Virus record (IMG/VR): IMGVR_UViG_3300025508_000006
Location: 52,031 to 116,030 of that record
Length of the DNA stretch: 64,000 nt
Direction: 5' to 3' (one strand)
DNA from: a virus
Under the pieces are notes generated by a model that worked only from the letters and a program-made list of their open reading frames with translations, was not told the origin of the DNA and did not search any database. Position numbers and translations under genes: made by a program. How positions within the stretch are numbered: position 1 is the stretch's first letter; each line of letters starts with the position of its first letter. Shown here piece by piece: positions 57,039-64,000 of the stretch.

Positions 57039-57429
57039 ATTATGGACATCGTCCGATATGTTAGAGGTTATTCTTCAAGAACCCGATGACTTCTTAAAAG
57101 TGCGCGAGACACTGACACGAATGGGTGTCGCATCTCGCAAAGAAAATAAACTGTTTCAGTCTTGTCATATACTACACAAACAAGGCAGGTACTTCATCGT
57201 TCACTTCAAAGAACTGTTTCTACTAGATGGAAAGAAGTCTAATTTAGAAGAGATGGATCTACTACGAAGAAATAGTATTGCTCAGTTGTTAGCAGATTGG
57301 GGTTTAGTAAGCATTGTCGATAAAGAGATGGTTGCTGAATGCGCACCGCTAAGACAGATCAAGATTATATCGCACAAAGAAAAGAGTGAATGGGAGTTAT
57401 GTCCCAAGTATAATATAGGTAACAAGTGA
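57025..57429 (+). CDS. regA: translational repressor RegA
   Basis: PDDFLKVRETLTR.G, L.QSCHILHKQG.Y.IVHFKELF.LDG and W.L.PKY.IG motifs. Confidence 0.96.
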   Translation: MEGIKLWTSSDMLEVILQEPDDFLKVRETLTRMGVASRKENKLFQSCHILHKQGRYFIVHFKELFLLDGKKSNLEEMDLLRRNSIAQLLADWGLVSIVDKEMVAECAPLRQIKIISHKEKSEWELCPKYNIGNK

Positions 57430-57554
57430 CAGTAGAACAACATATTCACAGGATGGAAGAACTCTTCGGACAACTTCCTAATCCTGATCACAGTCCAAAA
57501 CAGTTTCAATACTATGTGGACTTGTACAAGTTTTATTTAAATCGAGTTAAGTAA
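57426..57554 (+). CDS. 42-aa hypothetical protein (below the ORF-track cutoff)
   Basis: GTG start overlaps the regA stop (GTGA); reads MTVEQHIHRMEELFGQLPNPDHSPKQFQYYVDLYKFYLNRVK*. Confidence 0.55.
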   Translation: MTVEQHIHRMEELFGQLPNPDHSPKQFQYYVDLYKFYLNRVK

Positions 57555-57559
57555 CTCAA

Positions 57560-57567
57560 TATAAATA
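57560..57567 (+). promoter_or_regulatory. T4-type late promoter for hsp20
   Basis: Exact TATAAATA. Confidence 0.75.
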
Positions 57568-57572
57568 GAAGC

Positions 57573-57630
57573 GTAGATGCGGATGGTCCGGTCTACATTT
57601 TAATCTTGCTTTTAATTAAGGAGAAGCACT
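57573..57630 (+). promoter_or_regulatory. ROSE-like RNA thermometer 5'UTR
   Basis: A first hairpin GTAGA..CGGA-TGG-TCCG.TCTAC, then TCTTGCTT able to pair with AAGGAGA (the Shine-Dalgarno) with a bulged G. Confidence 0.55.
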
Positions 57631-58059
57631 ATGACGAACGCAACGAGTATCAAAGTACCCAGTCTATATCCACGAGCATCATTTGTGGGTTTTGACCACC
57701 TGTTTAACGAACTAGATTTTGTAACTAGAAATGCTAAGGACACTTACCCTCCACATAATGTTGTGAAAATCAACGAGTTCGATTATGTGATAGAGATAGC
57801 AGTCGCGGGTTTCGAGATGGATGATTTAGTTATCGAGCAGGACGAAAGAACTTTGAACATAGCAGGCAATCAACAAAAAGTGGATGCGCCTGTTGAGTAC
57901 CTTCACAAAGGTATTTCCACTAAGAAGTTTCAACGAACTTTTCGACTTTCTGAGTATGTAGAAGTAGTAGGAGCGACTCTGGACAAAGGAATCCTTGTAG
58001 TTAATCTAAAGGTCGAATTGCCCGCAGAGAAGCGTCCACGTAAAATTAAGATCAATTAA
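57631..58059 (+). CDS. small heat-shock protein Hsp20/IbpA-like
   Basis: GFD..F, YPPHN, IEIAVAGF, YLHKGIS...F.R.F.L, GIL...L and PE..RPR.I.I motifs. Confidence 0.93.
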   Translation: MTNATSIKVPSLYPRASFVGFDHLFNELDFVTRNAKDTYPPHNVVKINEFDYVIEIAVAGFEMDDLVIEQDERTLNIAGNQQKVDAPVEYLHKGISTKKFQRTFRLSEYVEVVGATLDKGILVVNLKVELPAEKRPRKIKIN

Positions 58060-58097
58060 GCAAATTAATCGTATAATTTTCGTGGAGAAAATAAGAA

Positions 58098-58190
58098 ATG
58101 ACCATGTCTAAAGTAGACAAAGTTGGTTCTTGGTTGGTAGGAGCAATGTGTACTGTCGCAATGTTTGTATCTATCACAGCACTAATCTAA
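58098..58190 (+). CDS. 30-aa putative membrane peptide
   Basis: GGAG Shine-Dalgarno at 58084; reads MTMSKVDKVGSWLVGAMCTVAMFVSITALI*, followed by a hairpin. Confidence 0.45.
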   Translation: MTMSKVDKVGSWLVGAMCTVAMFVSITALI

Positions 58191-58198
58191 CAAAACTC

Positions 58199-58217
58199 GG
58201 GAGGTGAAATGCCTCCC
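58199..58217 (+). terminator. GC-rich hairpin, possible terminator
   Basis: GGGAGGT-GAAAT-GCCTCCC; the U tract is weak. Confidence 0.4.
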
Positions 58218-58237
58218 AACCTCTTTAGGATGAAGTA

Positions 58238-58954
58238 ATGATTGAAGCATATATGGGTGTTGATCTAAACAATCCACTCGCAGTTAAGTACAACGAATTA
58301 TCCCTCAAGTCTTTTGAAAGTGTATCTGATGTATTCAACATAAACGTAATACAGTGCATCACACCAGATACATTATTCCCACATCTTACGTTATCAAAAC
58401 ATAAAGATAGATCACCTCAAGAGATAGCGCACATACACTCAACCTTCAGACTCATGCGACGAATCGCTAATGGCGAACGTCTATGGATCATGGAACATGA
58501 CGCATATTTAATTCCGGAAGAGGTTGACATGTTCAGGCGTATTATGTTAAAATACACAGAGATGCCAACTTGTAATATTGGTATTGCTCTTGAGTGTTAT
58601 ACTGTCATACCAGAAGTCGCAGAGATGTTTTGTGATCATGTAATCAATGACGAGAAGCACAATTGTCGTGGACCTATGAGTATACTTCATACTGTCACTG
58701 ACTTATACTGTAGAGCAAACAACAACATTCGATACAACGTTTATTGGCCAAAGAAAGGTATGGATAACAAAACAGGTGTTTCAGTGAATGTTTCTCATGC
58801 TCACACCAAACCAAGTGTGGTACTTGATAGTCCTATTACTCAGTTAATAGATGAGAGTCAAGGTTGCACAGTAACAGATAGAACTAGATTCCAAGGAAAA
58901 GAACGATACTACAACTCAAAGACCCATCCAAACTTTCACTTCGTTACATTATAA
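58238..58954 (+). CDS. glycosyltransferase family 25-like protein
   Basis: QEIA...S...L.R.I......IMEHDA matches the E.GC..SH..LW......IlEDD layout of GT25. Confidence 0.5.
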   Translation: MIEAYMGVDLNNPLAVKYNELSLKSFESVSDVFNINVIQCITPDTLFPHLTLSKHKDRSPQEIAHIHSTFRLMRRIANGERLWIMEHDAYLIPEEVDMFRRIMLKYTEMPTCNIGIALECYTVIPEVAEMFCDHVINDEKHNCRGPMSILHTVTDLYCRANNNIRYNVYWPKKGMDNKTGVSVNVSHAHTKPSVVLDSPITQLIDESQGCTVTDRTRFQGKERYYNSKTHPNFHFVTL

Positions 58955-58959
58955 ATCGC

Positions 58960-58988
58960 TTGCATGTCCCGATTAAGTGTGTTATAAT
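58960..58988 (+). promoter_or_regulatory. sigma70-type promoter for gp43
   Basis: TTGCAT-17 nt-TATAAT with an extended -10. Confidence 0.75.
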
Positions 58989-59012
58989 GGTATCTTATAT
59001 TATGGAGAACCT

Positions 59013-61451
59013 ATGAATTTTTATACTAATGTGACGCGATTCGGCAATAAATTACTTTATCGTGGATACGAAAACGGTGAGCGTGTACAACTACGTGTAC
59101 CTTATCAACCTACTCTTTTTGTTACATCAACTAAGGCGACTGGCAAATACAATACTCTTTATGGTGTTCCTGTAGAACCGATGCAGTTTGACTCCATGAA
59201 AGAAGCAACTGAATTCTCTAAGCAATACGATGGCGTGAAGAACTTCGACGTTCATGGTCAAACTAACTTTGTAACCCAATTCATTAGTACCGCATACCCT
59301 CAAGAGGATATTAAATGGGATCGCGATACTATCAACGTATGCTCCCTAGATATTGAGGTGCAGTCTGATCAAGGTTTTCCTAAACCTCAAGAGGCGGCAC
59401 ATCCTGTTACTGCAATATGTGTCAAGAACAATCAAAGCGATACCTATGTTGTGTGGGGTCTTAAAGATTACGACTCTTCATTAAATGACTTAAATGTCGA
59501 GTACTTCAAGATGATCGATGAGAAGGCACTTCTTCGTGCTTTCTTGGACTGGTGGGGTGCTAACTCGCCTGATGTCGTAACTGGTTGGAATTCTAAGATG
59601 TTCGATATTCCATATTTGGTCAATCGTGTACGTAATGTAATCAATGACGATGCAACAAAAGCATTCTCTCCATGGAAGATAGTTCGTGCTCGTGAGATTA
59701 AAACTGCGTACGGTGTTGACCAGTCTTATGATCTCGAAGGCATTTCGCAACTCGACTATCTCGATCTATTCAAGAAGTTTGGCAAACTTACATACGGTGA
59801 GCAAGAGTCCTACAAACTGGATCATGTTGCTAACACTATACTTGGTGAAGCAAAACTGTCATACGAAGAGTATGGTAATCTTCACACTCTTTATAAAATG
59901 GATCATCAGAAGTTCATCGACTATAACATTAAAGACGTAGAGTTGATTCACCGATTCGAAGAGAAGATGGGTCTAATCTCGCTTGCTCTTACTATGGCAT
60001 ATCAGTCTAAAGTAAACTATACAGATACGTTCGGCACAACTTCTATCTGGGATTCTATCATCTACAATCAGTTGATTAAGAAGAATGTTATTATTCCACC
60101 TAAACCTCCTGTCGATCATGATGTAGGTCGTATTGTCGGTGGTTATGTTAAAGATCCACAAGTTGGTTCACACGACTGGGTAACATCTTTTGACCTCGCG
60201 TCTCTTTATCCTAACATCATTGTGCAATACAATATGTCGCCCGAGACTATGTGTTACGACGAAGATATTCCTACTGCCGTTGCCGCTAACGGTGCTTCGT
60301 TCCGCAAAGATAAAGAGGGCGTGATTCCTAACGTGATTCGAAAGTTCTATGATGATCGTGTAAGTATCAAAAAGAATATGCTTGCGGCACAGCAGAAGTA
60401 TGAGATCGAACCTACCAAGGAACTAGTGAATGAGATTGCAACGCTAAACAATCAGCAGATGGCAATTAAGATTTTGATGAACAGTCTCTACGGTGCGCTT
60501 GCTAATAAGTACTTCCGCTACTTCGATCAGCGTATCGCCGAGGGTGTTACTATGTCTGGTCAACGTGCTATCAAGACCGCAGAGAAAGCAGTCAACGACG
60601 AGATGAACAATCTCCTCAAGTCTGACAAAGATTATGTTATTGCTATTGATACTGACTCAGTGTATATTAACATGGCATCTCTGGTCGCGAAGTTCGCTCC
60701 TGCTGATCCTGTTAAGTTTCTTGATAAAATATGTTCAGAGCATTTCGAGAAAGTTATTGCTGGTGCATATGATAAACTAGCGAACGACACTGGCGCATAT
60801 ATCAATCGCATGGTGATGGAACGAGAGGTGATTGCAGATCGCGGTATCTGGATGGCGAAGAAGCGTTACATTCTAAATGTGCATAACAATGAGGGTGTAC
60901 AGTACGCCGAACCCAAACTCAAGATGATGGGCATCGAAGCGATCAAGTCAAGCACTCCTCAGGTGTGTCGTGCCAAGTTCAAAGAAGTCTTTAAGGTTAT
61001 TATCGAAGGCACTGAAGAAGATGTCCAAGCGTTTATCCGTAAGTTTAAAGCAGAGTTCAGTTCACTCGGCGCAGAAGCAGTAGCATTTCCCAGAGGCATT
61101 TCGGATCTGACTAAGTATAAAGATAGACAAAGAATTTATAGTAAGGGTACACCAATTCACGTTCGTGGTGCACTTCTATATAATCACTATGTTAAGAAAG
61201 CAGGTCTAACTGATAAGTATGAACTGGTGCAAGATGGCGAGAAGATTAAGTTCGTCTATCTCAAGTTACCTAATCGTATTAGAGAGAATGTAATATCATT
61301 TCCAACTTCTTTGCCTAAAGAAATTGGTGTCAATCCTCAGATTGATTATGATAAGCAGTACTCTAAGACTTTTCTTGACCCACTTGAACCCATACTGGCA
61401 GCAGTTGGATGGAGTTCTGAACCGAGAGCATCACTAGAGGACTTCTTTTAA
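59013..61451 (+). CDS. gp43: family B DNA polymerase gp43
   Basis: Exonuclease motifs DIE, GWN..FD and YN..D; polymerase motifs [21 protein letters not shown] and KKRY. Start at ATG 59013 after GGAG. Confidence 0.97.
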   Translation: MNFYTNVTRFGNKLLYRGYENGERVQLRVPYQPTLFVTSTKATGKYNTLYGVPVEPMQFDSMKEATEFSKQYDGVKNFDVHGQTNFVTQFISTAYPQEDIKWDRDTINVCSLDIEVQSDQGFPKPQEAAHPVTAICVKNNQSDTYVVWGLKDYDSSLNDLNVEYFKMIDEKALLRAFLDWWGANSPDVVTGWNSKMFDIPYLVNRVRNVINDDATKAFSPWKIVRAREIKTAYGVDQSYDLEGISQLDYLDLFKKFGKLTYGEQESYKLDHVANTILGEAKLSYEEYGNLHTLYKMDHQKFIDYNIKDVELIHRFEEKMGLISLALTMAYQSKVNYTDTFGTTSIWDSIIYNQLIKKNVIIPPKPPVDHDVGRIVGGYVKDPQVGSHDWVTSFDLASLYPNIIVQYNMSPETMCYDEDIPTAVAANGASFRKDKEGVIPNVIRKFYDDRVSIKKNMLAAQQKYEIEPTKELVNEIATLNNQQMAIKILMNSLYGALANKYFRYFDQRIAEGVTMSGQRAIKTAEKAVNDEMNNLLKSDKDYVIAIDTDSVYINMASLVAKFAPADPVKFLDKICSEHFEKVIAGAYDKLANDTGAYINRMVMEREVIADRGIWMAKKRYILNVHNNEGVQYAEPKLKMMGIEAIKSSTPQVCRAKFKEVFKVIIEGTEEDVQAFIRKFKAEFSSLGAEAVAFPRGISDLTKYKDRQRIYSKGTPIHVRGALLYNHYVKKAGLTDKYELVQDGEKIKFVYLKLPNRIRENVISFPTSLPKEIGVNPQIDYDKQYSKTFLDPLEPILAAVGWSSEPRASLEDFF

Positions 61452-62038
61452 TGAAATTAGATCATCTGTCATTCCCTGATATTGGTTGGGGTTATATGCC
61501 ACCAACTCAACAGGTCTTTGACGCATTTACGTTTGTGCAAGAACACTATAATCCAAAGTCTGTATTAGAGATCGGATTTCACATAGGACATTCGACTACT
61601 TACCAGTTAGACATTTACAAAAATGCTAGAATTGTAGGAGTATCTCCTGACAATGAACGTATTGGTAAACCAGGTGATTGCACTGATCCTCAAATTAGAC
61701 GAGATATGGTAGGCATACTCAACGACTTATACATTAATAGATTCACTTGGGTTCCAGGTAGAACAAAGGATGTTAAAGATAAGTTGATTGACGAATACGT
61801 TTTCGACTTTGCACTGGTTGATGGCAATCATGCAGAACAGGCGGCACTCTATGACATGGAAGTTATTTATGAGTTAGCAATTCCTAATCTACTAATAGAC
61901 AACTGGGATCAAAGGGCAGTTAAATCTGCGGTGTACAAACAAGACAAGTATGAACTAGTTAAAGAGTTCGACTATGACCAGACGTTTAAAGGTAAGACAC
62001 AGACCAATCAAATGGGTCTATTAACACTTAAAAAATAA
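61451..62038 (+). CDS. class I SAM-dependent methyltransferase (Methyltransf_24-like)
   Basis: VLEIGF..GHST and FDFALVDGNH motifs. Confidence 0.75.
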   Translation: MKLDHLSFPDIGWGYMPPTQQVFDAFTFVQEHYNPKSVLEIGFHIGHSTTYQLDIYKNARIVGVSPDNERIGKPGDCTDPQIRRDMVGILNDLYINRFTWVPGRTKDVKDKLIDEYVFDFALVDGNHAEQAALYDMEVIYELAIPNLLIDNWDQRAVKSAVYKQDKYELVKEFDYDQTFKGKTQTNQMGLLTLKK

Positions 62039-62041
62039 TGG

Positions 62042-62070
62042 TTGCATCCTTAAAATAATTGTGTTATAAT
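62042..62070 (+). promoter_or_regulatory. sigma70-type promoter, probably giving a leaderless mRNA
   Basis: TTGCAT-17 nt-TATAAT; only 7 nt separate the -10 box from the ATG at 62078. Confidence 0.75.
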
Positions 62071-62077
62071 ACATATT

Positions 62078-63022
62078 ATGAAATACGAACTGACAATATT
62101 TAATTCTGCATTCGACAATAAGACTCATCGCAAGGCATCTTTTGATACTTGGGATGAGTTCGTCGGACTGCTTAAAGGTCTATCAACTAAGCATGGAGAA
62201 AAAGGTGGTAAAAACTCATCAGCACTCATTAGTCCCGCTATCTTCGCAGAAGGTACAACACGTAGCAATGTCAATACTTTATATTGGGGAGGTTGGTGTG
62301 CAGTTGATGTTGATGAGCATAGTTTCGCTCCTGACTTGGTCATTTTAAAGAATGACCTTATCTCTCGATTTAGCGATCTGGATTTCGTGTGTTATAGTAC
62401 TGCTAGTTCTCGTGCTGACTATTATAAGTTCCGTCTTGTCTTCAGAATTGAAACGCCTGTCGAAAATGATAAAATCAAGTCATTTTGGTACGCCCTCAAT
62501 ACCGACATTGGAGAAATCGGTGACCCGCAAACAAAGGATCTTGCAAGGATGTATTATATTCCTGCGGTGTATCCTGGTGCTACTAACTTTTTCTTCGAGC
62601 ATTCTGGTGGTAATAGCATTGATCCTAATGCTCTTATAAGTAAACATCCATACGTTACAAAGACTGGCAATTCTTTCCTAGATAGATTGCCCGAAGAAAT
62701 GCAGAAAGCAGTAATCGAGCATCGTAAAAATTCAATGACAACAACAAACATCTCATGGACAGATTATCGCGACTGTCCATTCTTTCCGAAGCGTCTTGCC
62801 ATAGAGTACGGTGGGATCGCAGAGGGTGGGTGGTATCACAAGATGTATCAAATAATGGTTGCAACAGCAGGTACAGCAATCAAGCGAGGTTATCCTATCA
62901 CTGCCAAGCAAGTTGCAGATTTATGCAGACAACTTGACAATGATAATGGAAAATGGTATACTAGTAGACCGCTAGAAGTTGAAGCGGATCGAGCAGTTGA
63001 ATATGCATATAGAAATAATTAA
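62078..63022 (+). CDS. primase/primpol-like (AEP-type) protein
   Basis: WCAVDVD (DxD), YSTAS, KFRLVF and D.QTKD.AR.YY.P motifs with a helical C-terminal domain. Confidence 0.55.
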   Translation: MKYELTIFNSAFDNKTHRKASFDTWDEFVGLLKGLSTKHGEKGGKNSSALISPAIFAEGTTRSNVNTLYWGGWCAVDVDEHSFAPDLVILKNDLISRFSDLDFVCYSTASSRADYYKFRLVFRIETPVENDKIKSFWYALNTDIGEIGDPQTKDLARMYYIPAVYPGATNFFFEHSGGNSIDPNALISKHPYVTKTGNSFLDRLPEEMQKAVIEHRKNSMTTTNISWTDYRDCPFFPKRLAIEYGGIAEGGWYHKMYQIMVATAGTAIKRGYPITAKQVADLCRQLDNDNGKWYTSRPLEVEADRAVEYAYRNN

Positions 63023-63043
63023 TTTAACGAAAGGTAAAAATGT

Positions 63044-64000
63044 ATGAGTGATATAAGCGAAGGTGAATTGGTAGACGGAACAGAAGAGTTGAATGCAACC
63101 ATTCACTCAGAACAGTTGACCGAAGAACAGTATGAAATGATTCAAGCGGGGAAGGGAGAAGTAGTGACGCAACAGTTAGAAAAGCAGGCGGCAGATAAAG
63201 CGACAGATAAAAAATCTGGCGGTGATTCACAGAAGATTCGTATTGGTGTTGTCGGTGACAATGTGGTTGCGCAAGCAATGCAATTAGCATTCGATGTTAA
63301 GTCTGTAGATACTATGCACGTTTCTGGACTAGATGGTATTGATGATCTAGTTGATTGGAAACCAGGGATCACATTCTTATGTACTCCGGTGCCGCTATTG
63401 AAGAACGATTCGGTGGACGATGCTGAACTTATCAATGTAGTTAATAAGTTGATTCGTGGTTGTGGTAGTGGTGTATGTATTAAGACTAGCATCAATATTG
63501 AAACTATTGAACGTCTAATCAAAGCATTAACATATGAAGTTATGATCAAGAAAGTTACGTATAATCCTGTCTTAGGCGATGATACTGACATTGGTAACAT
63601 TCTATCTCCTGAAGTGGAATACTTCGGTGGTGATCCAGCAGTTATTCCAGAACATATGAAGATTATGGCACACACTAGTATATTCTCTGCACAACAGTTT
63701 GTCACAGGTTCTATTTTTGAAGTTGCTTATGCTAAATTGGCGATTGCGGGTTTCAAAGCAGTGAAGCAGACCTACTTTAATCAGTTGCATGATGCAATTA
63801 TGGACACCGGTGGTGCTAATCCATCTATCGTTCGTCGTATGATTGAGAAAGCACCAGAACTTAATGATCGTTCTGTAATGATCCCAACTTTCATTCGTGG
63901 TCGTACTGATGCTGGTATTAGTTACAAGCAAGCGCGATCATTTGGTGGTGAGTTTGAGAACGATGTTCGTATGTTCGCAAGCACGTCTGATAAGTTGCCC
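63044..64000 (+). CDS. degenerate UDP-glucose/GDP-mannose dehydrogenase-like protein (runs off the window; absent from the ORF track)
   Basis: Manual translation from ATG 63044 stays open to 64000 and contains RIGVVG, FLCTPVP, IKTSI, YNP, E...AKL....F.AVK..YFNQL and FGG...ND. Confidence 0.65.
   Translation, partial: MSDISEGELVDGTEELNATIHSEQLTEEQYEMIQAGKGEVVTQQLEKQAADKATDKKSGGDSQKIRIGVVGDNVVAQAMQLAFDVKSVDTMHVSGLDGIDDLVDWKPGITFLCTPVPLLKNDSVDDAELINVVNKLIRGCGSGVCIKTSINIETIERLIKALTYEVMIKKVTYNPVLGDDTDIGNILSPEVEYFGGDPAVIPEHMKIMAHTSIFSAQQFVTGSIFEVAYAKLAIAGFKAVKQTYFNQLHDAIMDTGGANPSIVRRMIEKAPELNDRSVMIPTFIRGRTDAGISYKQARSFGGEFENDVRMFASTSDKLP

Noticed and set aside
58977-59012. Upstream GTG start for gp43 given by the ORF track (likewise 39702 for gp20, 41368 and 56649)
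   Set aside because: These starts overlap promoter or terminator elements or lack a Shine-Dalgarno. The downstream ATGs have one and match the expected N-termini.
35665-61451. Introns, inteins or homing endonucleases in gp17, gp20, gp23, gp46 or gp43
   Set aside because: The ORFs are continuous and of normal length, and no intein termini or LAGLIDADG/HNH/GIY-YIG motifs were seen.
1621-63931. Minus-strand ORFs in the track (e.g. 27305-27811, 39000-39464, 63142-63705)
   Set aside because: All lie antisense to well-supported plus-strand genes and show no recognisable motifs.
1-64000. Stop-codon reassignment or tRNA genes
   Set aside because: Core genes are full length in the standard code and end in TAA, TAG or TGA. 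No cloverleaf or T-loop signature was seen in the short intergenic gaps (by eye only).

Overview
This 64 kb window comes from a T4-like myophage, probably aquatic and of the cyanophage/marine-T4 architecture. All credible genes are on the + strand. In order it contains: the end of gp6, gp8, a DUF4815/VrlC-like virion protein, a 3509-aa giant repeat protein with three coupled accessory genes, several fibre-like structural genes, neck/tail genes (gp13-15), a displaced gp7-like gene, gp16-gp23, gp3, uvsY, uvsW, gp55, gp47/46, gp45/44/62, regA, hsp20, gp43, a primase-like gene and a truncated UDP-glucose-dehydrogenase-like gene. T4 late promoters (TATAAATA) punctuate the structural half and near-perfect sigma70 promoters punctuate the replication half. 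The main finding is that the 3509-aa protein is mirror-symmetric. Two arms of about 1460 aa, made of [Y/F]xxx tetrapeptides, carry register-matched tandem-repeat blocks on either side of a 166-aa non-repetitive domain, and the whole unit sits where a paralogous module has only a short turn. This suggests a giant antiparallel hairpin 'needle' fibre, co-transcribed with a candidate chaperone, a glycosyltransferase and a 2OG-Fe(II)-like oxygenase. Other leads are strong D-S-(A/V) enrichment in virion proteins alongside scattered glycan-modifying enzymes, a consensus antisense promoter with no gene behind it, a GGA-rich (CsrA-like) leader, a ROSE-like thermometer and an apparently dead UDP-glucose dehydrogenase. 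All annotation is by eye from motifs and synteny; no searches were run.
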